Shown here: piece after piece, positions 1 to 14,900 of the stretch | Layout: every line of letters begins with the position of its first letter | Numbering within the stretch: position 1 is the first letter of the stretch | DNA from: Podarcis muralis | Lineage: Eukaryota | Direction: 5' to 3' | Length of the DNA: 64,000 bases | Assembly: GCF_964188315.1 (NCBI RefSeq) | Contig: NC_135659.1 | Coordinates: 40,548,001-40,612,000, forward strand | The notes under the pieces: generated by a model | Database searches by the model: none | What the model was told of the DNA's origin: nothing | What the model saw: the letters and a program-made list of their open reading frames with translations, nothing else | Translations under genes and position numbers: made by a program

Positions 1-693
1 TATGGTTTATAACCTGGGTGGGAGTTCATACAATTGTTTGTGAGGCTACATCAATGCCTATTTCCACTTGGGAAGAGATAAAATACCCATGTATTAAAGG
101 TATTTGTGGAACTGAAACTAGTCTCTTTGTATGTGAAAGATCTGTCTCATGTTCCCAGTTAGGAATGGGGTGTCCCAAATTTCTGTTAGTAACTGACATA
201 TTTTATCAGGAAATCTTTCTTTCTTGCCTGGAGGGGAAGATGTGTGTTGCATAGGGGTTTCTCATTTCCTGCGTGTCATTATACGGTAGAAACAGGTGCT
301 GCATCTTAAGATACTGCTCCTCTAATGGTGCAGACCAGCAAGTGCTTCTTGGACTGCACATCCCTGGAGCTTTAGAAATGCCGCAGAATGCTTCCCTTTA
401 TAAATCATTAGAAACTGGCAACCTGTGTTTCTGTTACAGCCACATGAATCACTCCAGGATCTTTCTGTGGCTGCAGGACTTTACATAAAACCTCTTACCT
501 GGGCTATTGTAATTGGTGAGGGGAATTTTGCTCATGGATAATAACAAACTCAAGCAGTAGTTTAAACATATGCGCATCACTGAACTTGGTTATTGTTTAG
601 ACACTGGCTGTCTCTAGACTTTTACTGTTGCTTCTTCCTTTCGTAGTTTCGTTGATCTAAAATCTCTGCTCTGTCACCCTGTGTGTGTAATAG

Positions 694-786
<93 letters not shown>

Positions 787-1008
787 TGAAATCTTTTGAG
801 TACTGCTTTTCAAAACGAAGTGGTAGTTGAATTCCTCATCTTAAAATGACACACCTCTCTCTCTCTCTACCTTAAATAAAAAAATCAGTCTGGTGATGCA
901 TATGCTTCTAAGTTAAACCTGCCTGAAATATGCCTTGCCTGCAGTTTCCCTCTCAATTAAAAATGCATTAAAGAGATTGAAGTATCTGTGCTCTTCCTAC
1001 ACCACTAA

Positions 1009-1260
<252 letters not shown>

Positions 1261-1425
1261 TAGGCTCAGTCAGTCTTGAAGTGAGTGGAAGCTTGCCTTC
1301 TGTCAACTTCAGTAATGTTTTGTGAACTGTTGTTCTAAGCACGTTTTTCAGATTATTCAAAAACGTATCCGGTGCATTTGGATGCCATCGTATTAACACA
1401 CCAATTTCATGACATTCTCTTATAA

Positions 1426-1656
<231 letters not shown>

Positions 1657-2646
1657 TAGAGTGTGTTGGCACTAATTTTCCAAAGAGATGCACTGAGAAT
1701 AGCCGGCATTGTCCATATCTCAATTAAAGCATCCATGACAGATGGCCATTCAACCTCTGCTTAAAAAGTCGAACTGCCCTTAATGTTATAATTGGGTTAA
1801 TATTAGAAGGACTAACTTGCCCACAGCATGGTACTGAATGCCATAACTTAATTGCGCACTGGTTGCATTTACATGCTCATATCTAGGCTTTGACTCTCTG
1901 CTTGCAGTACTTTGTTCCTCCTTTTGTGTGAGCAAACAGACAAGCCTGTTAACTATAGTTTTTCATTTTTTTCAATGCTATTGAACAGTAGAAACTAGGG
2001 TTCTGAAGCGATTGACTAGCCCATGATATGAAGGCAACTTTGAACTTGTTTGTGTTAAAAAAAAGTGTTGGAATAACTCTTCATGACGTGCAGCCCTGAA
2101 ATTTGGTATACATGGGTCCAAGAGGCCAAAATTACTGGTTTGGGGTTTTTTTTTGAAAATGTGATATTTATACACCCTTCTTGCAATATAGGGCACTCAA
2201 AGGACACCTCAAAATGGGCAGATTGTTTACACATTAACTAAGAATGATGTGCGTATATAGATCAAGATCCCTTGAATACTAGAAAAGTAAAAAAACAAGA
2301 TTTAGCAAGTTTCTCCCTAGAAACTAGAGGGCAATAAATGAATCTTTCAAGTGACTCAGGTAGTTCAAGACTGTTCGCACAGCTGAAATATGGCAGATAC
2401 ATAGAATGTAGATTGGAAGCGACCACATGGACCATATTCAACCTTCTGCAATGCAGGGGATTTTTTGCCCGATGTGGGGTTCGAACCCACACCCATTCCA
2501 TAGCTGCTTCCAGATTCTTTCCTTCCATGTATTTTCTCAATAGAAGTGGCTATTTCTATTAATAGTTCTGTTCTTACGTTAAAAGTGAGTCTCCTCAATG
2601 TACACTCCCCCCAAAAAAAGTAGTTTAAAAAGGAACTTGTATTTAA

Positions 2647-2940
<294 letters not shown>

Positions 2941-3214
2941 TAGCTCTCTTGTAGAAAGCGTGTAGGGCAAGTGGAGATGTCAGCCGAAGAACCTTTTCGT
3001 AATGCGCAGTAGAGTTTTACAAACAGAAGCCACGTTCTGAGTAGCCTAATTAAACCCCAGTGGGGTTTTGCAAAACCTCAGTCCACTGCTAAGAGCTTCC
3101 CTACAAAAAGATATTTCCTGCTGGAAGGCAGCCTCTTTTGAAACTTGGGGTGTGAAAGAAGGCATGTTTCCTAGCTCCAAGAATAACACAGGTGTCTCCC
3201 AACCAATCTTGCAG

Positions 3215-3365
3215 AAGGAGAGGTTTTATGAAGGGCATTTCACGCTTCCAGTCCCATCCTGCAAGGAGCTGGCTGACCTGATGAAGCAGTGCATGCACTA
3301 TGACCCCAGCCAGAGACCATTCTTCAGAGCAATCATGCGAGACATCAACAAGCTAGAAGAACAAA
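3215..3365 (+). CDS. JAK1: JAK1 coding exon ([50 protein letters not shown])
   Basis: gcag|AAG acceptor, AAA|gtaagt donor; end of JH2. Confidence 0.97.
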
Positions 3366-4135
3366 GTAAGTAATCTATTCTGCTTATTTCCCCTCTTCAT
3401 TGTCAGTTTTATTTTCTTTGCTCTGTGGGATACATGAACATTAATGAATTTGCAAACATCTTGATGGCAGTATAAAAAAGCCATATATAGTCCCCCGCAG
3501 GCACAGAAGGGATTTGCTGTTCAGAAAGTAAGATAGTTACCAAGATGGCTCTATACATAAAAATCTGCAACCCGACACTGTTTTGGATTGCCGTTGTCAT
3601 GGAATATTGTTTGTGTTACAGTAGTTATGGAAGCATCCAGGGTGACGTAAGGGTGGAGCTGTCAAACTCTGCCTCACCATCGGTTCCTGTGTATTAATGA
3701 TTATTTTGCCAGTGTTAATACCCCTCCCATAGCCCTTAGTATACACGGAGAGGTTGTGTGTAGTCTTCTTGCCCACACCTTGTGCTATGATTCTGCTTGC
3801 CTTGGTGAGAAGGTGCTTGGCTCTCGGCTAGGAATAAGACAAGGTTTACTATGAACATTCAGAATGGAGCGGGTGACTGCTAATCCCTGCCCTCAGATAT
3901 TGTCAGCTTCCCTCCCTCGTTTCTAAAGCAGTTGTCCATCTTCTGGGAAGATTTTCACTGGGGCCAATGATTTAGAGGAAGATACACAAATGTTAGGAAC
4001 CTGCAGTTTGAGAGAACATTCAGGAAGGTGATGGGGTCTGTTGAAATGCAGAGTAAACATATGTAAAAATAGATTTGAAAATTTAAAGGGTAAAAGTACT
4101 CATTTGTACCACACTAATATTCTTACCTGTGTCAG

Positions 4136-4230
4136 ATCCTGATATCGTCTCGGAGAAGAAGCCTAATGCAGAGATTGATCCTACCATATTTGAGAAACGC
4201 TTCTTGAAGCGCATTCGCGACTTAGGCGAG
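4136..4230 (+). CDS. JAK1: JAK1 coding exon ([32 protein letters not shown])
   Basis: gtcag|AT acceptor, GAG|gtatgt donor; JH2-JH1 linker and start of kinase domain; 95 bp. Confidence 0.96.
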
Positions 4231-5189
4231 GTATGTTTACTTCTATTGCTGCTGCTCAGTATTTTTTGAAGATTTGGCACTGAGGTGCTGTACAAGGTGC
4301 TCTTATTCCCCTTTTGCACCTGTAGTCATGGTGTGCTGAAACATAGGTGGCTTGTATTTTTGTTGTGATCATTCAGCATTGTGTTCCTTCTATTGTTTTT
4401 AGAGATGGGAATAACGTGTTAAGTCAGCCCATTTCTCTGTGCAGGGCAATGGATTTGTTCATATGTTTATAGAGCAAGTGAAGTGTGGAATATTCCCTTC
4501 TGACAGAAGTAAATATGCATAGGGCTCCAAAAGCAGCACAGAGTGCAAAGGGCAAGGTTTCTGAGTAGAGATATGCCTTAGCTCAAACCTACCTGGGAGT
4601 CCCACCTCCCTTGGTGTAAGTTCCAGGCCCCCGTTTTACTTGTAGCAAACACTTCAGTGAGAGAAAGTACCGCACACATGTTTTATAGACATTCTGTTTA
4701 TTGCTTGACATCTGTGGTAACTAACACCATCCAGAAGGCCACAACTCCCATCTGCCCCATCCAACATAGTCAGTCCAACGCCAGGTTAGCCACCCCTGGT
4801 TTTGTATGTTCAGTAGATATGTTCTGGTATTGCAAAGAGGGACTGAAACAGATACCCAGAAGCACCCAGTATGGAGTGGTTTTTGGTCCATAAGGGTTAA
4901 GCGATTGTCCCAAGAACCACAGATCCACTAAGCAATATTCAGAAGCAGATTCAAAAGTCTGTAAAAGAAACCTAGCAGGGATTTGGTTCCTATTCATTTT
5001 TCTTCTGTGGAACTTCTGAATAGTGGAGGTCACCCTGTTATTGCAGTGATGGCTGATCACAAATGCAGCCTATCACTGGGTATCATCGAAACATTCTCCT
5101 AGGTGAAGTAGCTGCCTGGTTTTCTCTTTCTTTTGCAAAGCAAGTGTGTGGTGGCTGACCATGGTTTTTTATTGTCTTTTTGAAATTAG

Positions 5190-5399
<210 letters not shown>

Positions 5400-5557
5400 T
5401 GAAAATGAAAATGTCATTGTGAATCATTCTTTTCCTTGGAACAGAAAGATTAGGAGGGATGGAAAGGTGTTAGGAAAACACTGGATGAAATGGACCATGG
5501 AAAATACTTAAAAAGTAATACTTGACCGCCCTGAGACCCCCAGGTATAGGGCAGTAT

Positions 5558-5560
<3 letters not shown>

Positions 5561-5614
<54 letters not shown>
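5561..5614. repeat. (AAT)18 microsatellite, probably the tail of an L2-type 3' end
   Basis: Perfect AAT run after CCGCCCTGAGACC...TATAGGGCAGTATATT. Confidence 0.95.
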
Positions 5615-5615
<1 letters not shown>

Positions 5616-5898
5616 TGGTCAAGGGTGTTGTGTATTGAATTTGCAGGCACAGAACAGTAGCAGAGCAGCCAGGAACTAATTAAGGGAGGTAGTGATTACT
5701 TTTAATTAGCTTCACCTGGGTGGGGTAGTCCTAGCCCAGGTGCCTATATATAGAAGCAGGGCTGGAGTTTTGTGTGTCTTTCTACTTGCTTGTTGCCATG
5801 AATAAAGATGTTACCATACCACCACTGGCTGGACTCACTATATAATAGGTGTTGACTCTGAAAATTGCTTGAGATAATTTTGGCTTTCTTGATCAAAG

Positions 5899-6023
5899 GT
5901 GGAAATGGAATTAAGCTAATCATGGAGTTTCTTCCTTCTGGAAGCCTAAAGGAATATCTTCCGCTAAACAAGAATAAAATCGGTCTGAAACAACAGTTGA
6001 AATACGCTGTACAAATCTGCAAG
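5899..6023 (+). CDS. JAK1: JAK1 coding exon ([42 protein letters not shown])
   Basis: aag|GT acceptor, AAG|gtaatg donor; hinge MEFLPSG; 125 bp. Confidence 0.96.
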
Positions 6024-6877
6024 GTAATGCTGTACATATTTTAATATCTAAGTTGTAGCAGTAGGTGTCTTGATGTTTAATTTTCATTCATGTGTTCAGA
6101 ATTGAAATATCTGTTTAAAATCATAATGCATGAATTTGGGGGGTGGGCTGTTAGCTTTTTTTAAAAAAATGATTTATTTAACATTTCCATTCCAGTTAAG
6201 GCCAGCCCTTCAGTTACAATAAAAATACAAGAACAACCAACTGAGCAAAAAAGTTAATAAAAGCTAATGGGACAGCAGCCATAAGCAGCTTGGATAAATG
6301 CAAAAAGTATTTAGGGGTTGCTTAAAAGGCAAGTTCCTGGGGGAGGGACAGAGTCCACAAGTGTGGGGGCACCAGTTATTGACCTTGGTGATGGCAGGAT
6401 ACAGGTCCCCTGAATCCGACTTTGGGGTTTAAGGAGCTTTAAGGTGTTTGTAAATGGTTCTTCATACAACCTGATACCAAACCATGTATATCCTTCACTT
6501 TATCTCTCCTCCCAGTTTCTTACCTTTAATCTGCCCCATGTTTTATGAGGTGAATGATTTCATTCATGAAAGTTGAAAACGATGTTGAAAATGATAATAC
6601 AGCCTTGTATTAAAGTGAGCTTTGTTGCTAATTTTCTCTCTGGCTAAATAATATGTAACCAAGCAGCAGCAGCAAAAAGAGAGGACTTTTTAGAAAAAGT
6701 AAAAAAGAGCCAAAGGCCTAGGGATTCTTCACACTGCCATGTGCTTTAGTTCCAAAACTCTAGCTGGTTCTGTAGGAGGTTCAGACTATGAGAACTGAAA
6801 AGCTTACCAAACAGAAGGATTGGGTGTACAAATTCTGAAGAAAATTGTTAGAGGTGCTTGAGGTAGAAAGCAATTAA

Positions 6878-7102
<225 letters not shown>

Positions 7103-7799
7103 TAAGGAAGAAAGAGATATATATATAGTGACAAGCTAGTAAGTTTTTGCTGCAAGAGATATTATTTTTAGCTGAAACTGCACTATGTGTCACTATGGAT
7201 TATCCTCATGGTAGGTGTTATCAATAAGTAATGGGAGGTTTTAACTTGATAATGATCACTTGACCATAAGAAAGGGTTCTTGTATTGCATTTTCTAGTTC
7301 AAGAGCAGTCTGACAGGTGGTGGCATGTACATGTCATGCATTTTATGCTTACATTTATGGTTAGGTATAGGAATTACTTGCAAAACTATAAAGTGCCTCG
7401 TAGTTGTCTTTGCCTGAAAACAGACATAGGCTGGATCTATATTGATCTGGAAAACACTCTTAAAAAAGTAGTATAAGCTCTCAATGTAATTTTACCTTGA
7501 CGATGGCTCACTGCTCTACAGCGCATTCTGGTGTCACATTTTTATAACACGTTTTTAATGTTTTAACTGACCAGTGTAGATTAGTCCTTACTTTGCTCTT
7601 TACAATCTTCTCCTACCTTTAATTATTTCAATATCTGTTTGTTTCTTCTTTGTTCAATTGATGCATAATACTTTTGTGTGAAGCATATGGAGCCATCTTA
7701 GCAGTTTCTGTTGCGACTGCAACATCACTATCCAGAATTCCACTATTTAATGATGCAAAGTGAGTTTTGGCTTTTGTGCCGCAGTTGTACCAAAAGTAA

Positions 7800-8036
<237 letters not shown>

Positions 8037-9087
8037 TAATCTTTAAAAGTCCCAGATTTCAGGGCAGTACCCTACATTTAGGGGAATGTTGTTCACTGTC
8101 TGAAAACGATCCCCACCCTCGAAGCACTTATGAAACTCCTAAGCTTAAGTTGGGATGAAATGAAAGGATGAACATAGACCTTTTATTTGATGAAAATGAT
8201 CAAACTTTAAATAGCTGGTCCCATAATTTCTGTTTGAAACTAGTTATTTATGTTCACATGAGAACCATTTCTACTTCTAGGTTGTCTAGGGATCTTAAGA
8301 AAGCAATTTGATATATAGCCAGTGCTTTTTTTCTAGACAAATAGGTGCCAGTACTCACCATGAAGTTGTTACAGTCAGTGCCACACTTAAGGGTATACAC
8401 TACCTGCACCTCTTTGAGTACCCCCTGAAGAAAAGCACTGGATATAGTCATTATAAAATTGGGTTACCAGTAGGCAAGTTCTTAAACTTCTCTTTGGGTG
8501 CCTTTGAAACTCTCCAAGCGCAGGCTCCCTGTACTTTAAAGTTGTGTTGAGCTTGACCTGAAGGACACACACCCTCTCTCTATTTTGGGAAATTTCACTT
8601 TTAGGGGTCCATCCTTTGCAAAGATGTGAAACTGTTCCTAAGGGGTTGGGCGTCCCAATCCTTGGTTAGCTAGACACAACAGGTCAACAAAGAGGGAAGG
8701 AGGGGTTCGTTCAATAAACTGAAGCCTGGGTTCTACCAGTTTCAGTCTCCCCAGGTTTTTGTAATCCACATTGGTCTCTACAGCAAAGCTGACTTGCTTG
8801 CTTTTGTTTGCATTCCATTTATCGTAACCCTCTGACCCAGTGCCCATGCTCCCTCCCTTCTACCTATGTACAACCCACCATTGCTGGTCTTTGGAATGGC
8901 AGCTGTGCAGGCATACATATCCCAACTATTCCCCCCACCGTAGTCCAAGGTTCTGCTACCTACCTTTGGGCCCTTGTCATCAAGCAGGCACCACTCCTAC
9001 CCTCTCCCTTGACTCTGGCACCCAGCCCAGCTATACCCTTTTACTAACAGAGAAATGAGATTAAATGTGGGTTTTCATAACTTGCAG

Positions 9088-9198
9088 GAATTCCTGAATA
9101 TGATTGGACCAACTCAAGGCCAGATGACAGTGACACGGCTTGTGCGGGTATTAGGAGAAGGCAAACGTTTGCCATGTCCTAAAAATTGCCCACCAGAG
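9088..9198 (+). CDS. JAK1: JAK1 coding exon ([37 protein letters not shown])
   Basis: gcag|GAA acceptor, GAG|gtaagg donor; 111 bp. Confidence 0.96.
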
Positions 9199-10160
9199 GT
9201 AAGGCATTAAGAATTATTATGCATCGTCTTGTATTGGGCAAATTCCCATCAGCTTAATGTTTAAAAGAGCTTTTTCCTGTGAATGCTCATAATCACAATT
9301 CGCTCACAGTTGGGATAGGTGATATTTTGTTTTTAGCTTCTTCTTTTTCTTTTTTAAACTTTTAACTGCCCCTGGAAATGCCATCCAATTTTCAATCACA
9401 TCTTTTATACTACCTGTACTCAGGTCAGTCAGGGCTATGCAGGCTGGATTTGTAGGTGCTCTCTCCCACTCATCTACTGACCTATTCCCATATTTTTTTG
9501 TTACCTACCTTGAACTTTTTTTGTCAGGAAAGAAAGAAGGAATATAAATATAAAAAGTGCTTGTATTTTATAGGATTTTATCGTAGAGATTACAACAAAA
9601 GCAGCAAGCATTATGGGCACAACCTGTTGGTCTGTAGGAAGGCATCCCAGGAGCCATAGGATGCTATAGACTCCTCTCTCGGCAGGCAGAGGAGCTTCAC
9701 CCCTAGAAGCTTCCTTGTGGATACCTCCATAGCTGGCAGTGCTCCTGCAGGTGGTAGAGAGGGCTTGTTCGGAGTGAATTGAGGGAAGCTTTGGAACGAC
9801 AGGATCTAAAGGTCTCTCATTTAGGCCCATAATATGGGGTGGGGGGAATGCCAGTCCCTGGGTCCGGCATATTCCCCCCCCCCCATCCTTCTAGTAGAGC
9901 GTTGAATGTGGTGATTCTTCAACCTAGAGTGTCTCCCTCATAATACGTGAGCTTTACTGATACCATGCATTGTATTAAACATTGGCTATTTCTGCTATTG
10001 TAGCCAATACTCTTGATAATCGAGCAACTTTTGCACTTCCTGACCCAGCCATTGGCTCATGTTTGTGTATATGCAGACACAAACGTAAATGTCCGAATCT
10101 TATTTAAGAATAAAGGCAATTTCAATGTGTAAGCTATAACATACCTTTTTCATTTATTAG

Positions 10161-10262
10161 GTTAACCAACTGATGGGGAAGTGTTGGGTTCAAGACCCAG
10201 GTGAGCGGACAAGCTTTCACAATCTGATTCAAGGATTTGAAGCACTTATCCAAAAAATGTAA
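10161..10262 (+). CDS. JAK1: JAK1 last coding exon ([33 protein letters not shown])
   Basis: ttag|GTT acceptor, TAA at 10260-10262; matches JAK1 C-terminus. Confidence 0.95.
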   Translation, partial: VNQLMGKCWVQDPGERTSFHNLIQGFEALIQKM

Positions 10263-11575
10263 TCCATGCATTTTATACTTTCCACTTAAATGTTTTGAAA
10301 AGTGTACAAGGCCTTTTTATTACCTAGTGTAATTTTGTACTTTGGTAATGTTGTGTCTGAAAAGGGTTTTTCTGTTTGAGTAGCCAACACGCGAGTCCGA
10401 TAAGCAGCAGAGAACATTGCTGAGCATTTTGCCAGTTTATATATCTGTGCCAACAGGGTCTACCTGTAGGATCTCAGCTGCTGGGCCAAGTACTTTTGAG
10501 GGAGGAAAAAAAATATTTTAAGGCTACTGTTAAGTGATAGGTGCCTATACAAAGTTTGAATCATGTTGTATTAGAGAGCAAAATATGATTTCCAAACAGT
10601 GTAGTGGCTGTAATTACAGTACAAAATGTTAATCATGGCAGATAAACAGAAATGTTCCTGACAGCATTCAAAAATGAATATTAAGGAGGTGTGCTAGATA
10701 ACTTTGGTTGGAATCCAACACCAGTTTTGTCCTACACACAAAGGGACTTTGGATCTGTGCCACACGTCCCAAGCTACTTTTTGAGCTTGCATCAGCTCGC
10801 AAAAGCAGTTTGTGTTTAGCAAACCTGAAGTAACTCCTGTCATCCCAGCATTGTTTCTCCCTCTTGATATATATATTTGTAGCATTTGCTTTTAGTATAT
10901 TCATTAAAATCCAGACACCATTGGCACTTTGTCCTGGAGCATTCTGATCTAGTCCAACAAAATTTCTACATCACAGAAGTCAGTCCTTCTCTTTTAAAAG
11001 GAAAACTCTATAATCTTAGGGGTGCAAAAATAATGTAAGGGGAAAGACCACTGAAGCATGACAACATTTGGGGTTTTTATTGGGTAACAGATTGCAAGTG
11101 ACAATTAAGCAGAATAGTGAGTTTTGAAGACATAATTTCTCCAGTGAGGCTGAATGGTGCATGGATTTTAATGTGCACTCTGTAAATGAAGATATTACAA
11201 GAGATAACATGCCAACCAGGAGTAGGGGGATGGATGTACATTATTCCTGCATTGTGTACTTGCTATAAAAGAAGTAGGATTCAGTATGTTCTGCAACGAA
11301 GAGAGCCATGTACAAGCTCTGGGGCCAGAATGCATGCATTGCCTTACTCTGTGAATTTGCTTGTCTTAACAGATGGAAGACTAATCTTTTTCCTAAAGTC
11401 AGATATTGCTTTTCAGGAATTATTCAGAATTTGCAATAATGTAATGTGTAACAAATTAGAAATGCTATCAAGTAAGAACCCTCTTGCAAAATACTGCCTG
11501 TTTCCCCCCCACTGTACTCTGTATGCACTTTGTTATTCTTTATAAAAAAATAAAGATTTTATCAATTAATATTAA
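10263..11575 (+). other. JAK1: JAK1 3'UTR (end approximate)
   Basis: Follows the stop codon; AATAAA at 11549-11554. Confidence 0.65.
11549..11554 (+). terminator. Candidate JAK1 polyadenylation signal AATAAA
   Basis: Canonical hexamer about 1.3 kb after the stop codon. Confidence 0.65.
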
Positions 11576-13554
11576 TGCATTGCCTTCATTCGTAGCTGAG
11601 ACAACATTTCTCAAGGGGTGTTGGCTGTCTTGAGTGCACCTCTAAAGGTAAAGTCAAACTGTTGGGAGAATCACAGCACCAGCTATAACCTCACTGGTAC
11701 TGGCAGCCAGTTTGCTGTGAAAATCTGGGCCCTTACTGTGCAAATAGGTTGGTACATAAGTACAACGTGAATTAAATAGAGCAGCGCTTCTAGGTCACAG
11801 GTGAGGGGTAACCTATGGTGCCTGGAGGTTGCCCAGCCTGTCCTAGAAACTTAAAAATTCAAGCAATATGACCTCCAGTCATGTTAACAATACAACACAT
11901 ACACTTTAGGGGATCACTGACTTTTCAAGAAAAGAGTTGTCATGTACTAAGGTTACAAATATTCAACTGACTCAACAAATCAAGTTTTCAGAAAGGTAGC
12001 CCTGCTGATATTTGACATGGCTTGCTTTTTTATAGCACCATAAGTGTCTTTAAAATGTGCCACAAGACTATGCATTCATAGGACACAATTCCTCCCCTTT
12101 CTCAGCTTCACAACAGGCCTTTCCCCCTCCCCAACATTCACAATGTACCTTCAGGAGCACACAAAAAGCCACGCCAGCTTTATACTTCAGTGTAGCTTGC
12201 CAATTTATTTACAGAGAAATTGATTGCTCAGAAAAGATACATTCAATGTGAATAATACTAAACACAGAGAAGAAAAATCTCGCTATGACGTTCTGTTACT
12301 TCTGAATAATGTCTATTAGTTTTATATAACAGCCTCCTAATCAAGAAACTTGTAAACTGCACCTAACTTTAAATCTGACTGAATTTCAATCAGGCTTACC
12401 TTGATCTCTCTTCACTGGAGACAAGCTATGCTGCCTTCATTGATGTACATTTCTTCATAACCTCCCACTGCGGATTTTACCATTGCTAATGCTCGGCCTC
12501 ATGCATTTTAAATCTTACTTCAGAAACAAAAACCTGCAAATTGGGGTTACTATGGAAAATGGCAGCTGTATTGGTTATTTCAAACATGTTCCAAACAACA
12601 GGAAAGTAGCTTTCTGTGAATCTTTGTTAGAAATAAATTAAGAGCCAGCAAAAAGCATGAATACACCACATTCCACCCGGTTCCAGTGAACACAAATAAT
12701 TGCCATGGTTATAAAGTGCAAGAAAAGATACTGAAGAATTTCCAAGGTGGCAGTGATTAATCAAGAGTACTGTAGTATAGAAATAGGGTGTGGAGCAGAT
12801 AGATAGCAATGCATTCAGTTCCACTGGATACTAAATGGAAATTCACATTATTTCCCCCCCAAAGAAACCGATTAACAAGAAATAGACCTAGAAGCCTAAG
12901 ACTATAAATGCACAGCTACTATCAATTCTCTTCATGGAAATTTTGTCGTGCACACTTGGTATTGCCAGCAATCATTTATTTTAATGAAGTGCATTGATAT
13001 CTTCCTAGCGTACTTCCACTTTAGCAGCTACAACTGCTATTTTATTTTTTATTTTTAATCCAGAAAAGATCTGCCTACTTTGACTAGACTGTACTGCAAT
13101 GATTACACTCAACCTAACCATTGTCTGGGCTGTAATCCAATATGCAAGCCCCATTAAAGCCAATAAAGGAATATTGCTATCAGGATCAAACATGAATTTA
13201 ACATTGCAGCCAGGAATCTAAATCTTTGAAGGAGGAAAAACCCAGCACAATTGTTTCTTTAAGACTACCACTGCAACTTTCCCAGCAAAAACATTTCCTC
13301 TCACTGTTATTTTATTGCTTTGAGAGACATTCTCAAGGGGGCAAAGCTGCCATTTCTTTAAGAGCTTAAGGAATAACTTAATTGTCACTCAATGCATAGA
13401 AACTAGTCTGGAGGGTATCTGCCATTAGTAGCTCCCCACACATAAATTTACTAGATTGGTACATAGATTGGTTCTCCAATATCTACAATACATATTAAAA
13501 GTGAAAGGTAAGGATGACATGAATGTGGCTTTGACTCCAAGCAAGATGCTGATC

Positions 13555-13701
13555 TTAATAAACACGTTTTCTTTTAAGATACAATTCTGCATAATGTACT
13601 CCCGAGCCCTGAGTTTGCTGACCAACGTATTCCACTGGGCCATCTTCTGGAGTGGTGATGAGGTACGAAGAGCCCCGCTTTTCGTTTCTTATTGGTGTCA
13701 T
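13555..13701 (-). CDS. RAVER2: RAVER2 exon 12 (MTPIRNEKRGSSYLITTPEDGPVEYVGQQTQGSGVHYAELYLKRKRVY*)
   Basis: tttag|ATG acceptor on the minus strand; matches recalled RAVER2 C-terminus with basic NLS-like KRKRVY. Confidence 0.93.
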   Translation of the reverse strand: MTPIRNEKRGSSYLITTPEDGPVEYVGQQTQGSGVHYAELYLKRKRVY

Positions 13702-14145
13702 CTAAACATCATAAAAGTCCATTATTACAGCAATGTGTGTGCAGTTTTTGAAAGAATACTGAATTATCCTTTCTATAACCAAACTATACTGCTCTCTATG
13801 GATGACCAACACTAGATCTAGTTACGTAAATAAAATAAAATAAATGGACTAGGACAAACCATAAGGCTACTTGGAATGTTTTTCAATAGCAACAAAATGA
13901 AGTCAAAAGACTTTGTATAGCAGCCCTGACAAATTCTTAAGCTGCATTATGCGTTTTCTGAACACTAGGTGGCAGCACAAGACACCAACCTAGCAACATG
14001 TAGGTGCCAACAGATAAACAGACTAGTATGCAGAATTTTTCCAAATTGGTCTCTCTGCTTCGCTCTCTCTCTATATATATATAATATAAAAATTTGACTA
14101 CATTTCATATGTACATGAAGGAATTCTAGCTTATTTATTTATTGC

Positions 14146-14900
14146 TGTCAGGGGTTCAGGAGCAGAGGCGAGGGCAAGGGAGGAAACAGAGAGCGAGGGG
14201 GAGGAGTCCGAAGAAAGGATGAGTGATGACGACGACCCGAGATCTCCAAGTCTTTCCAGTGAATCGGAAGATTCACAGAAAGGGGCGCCAGTGGCCAGAG
14301 CTAAGGGGGGGCCTAGGGGGACACCCCAGGAGGAAGGGACCAGCGGGGGTTCAGAGGGCAGCAGTTGGAAATCGGGGCCAGCGTCCCCACCAGAGCGCAG
14401 TGGAGAGGAAGGACGTCAGGGATCGAGCCCTGGCAGCTCGCAGCAGGGAGGAGGGCATGAGTCAGGAGTGACCACGCCCCCATCGGGGAGCGAAGAAACG
14501 GTCAAGCGGAAAGTGGGAGGCTGGGCGCGCGCGCCAAGTTCAAATGCACGGGAAGGCGGCGCAGTAAGCAGCCCGGAAAGGGAGCCAGGTCCTAAAGCCC
14601 GACGCAAGGAGACAGGAGGGTCCGGGGGGTCAGCGTCAGAGGAGTCCCGGAGGGAGGAGACCACGGGGGGCAGAGGGACCCAGAGAAGGACGGTCAGGCG
14701 GAAAGGTGGAGCAGGGCTAGGATATTAAGTTGGTGTACGAGGGGCGGAGATTCAGACGGAGCTTCGCCGGTCTAGCCATAAGACGTAGAGTTGCACGCAG
14801 CAGCTTGGAAATGGAAACTGTAACTCAATAAAGACTTTTATAAAGCGAACGCTGGCTAGCGTGATCCTCTGTGAGCTGGGATCGGGGAGCAGCTCCGACA
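14146..14900 (+). mobile_element. Solo LTR (Gypsy/BEL-like) in RAVER2 intron 11
   Basis: TGTC...GACA termini; 5-bp TSD ATTGC (14141-14145, 14901-14905); AATAAA at 14827-14832; purine-rich U3-like region. Confidence 0.88.

Noticed and set aside
5450-5650. Poly-isoleucine ORF
   Set aside because: Translation of the (AAT)n microsatellite.
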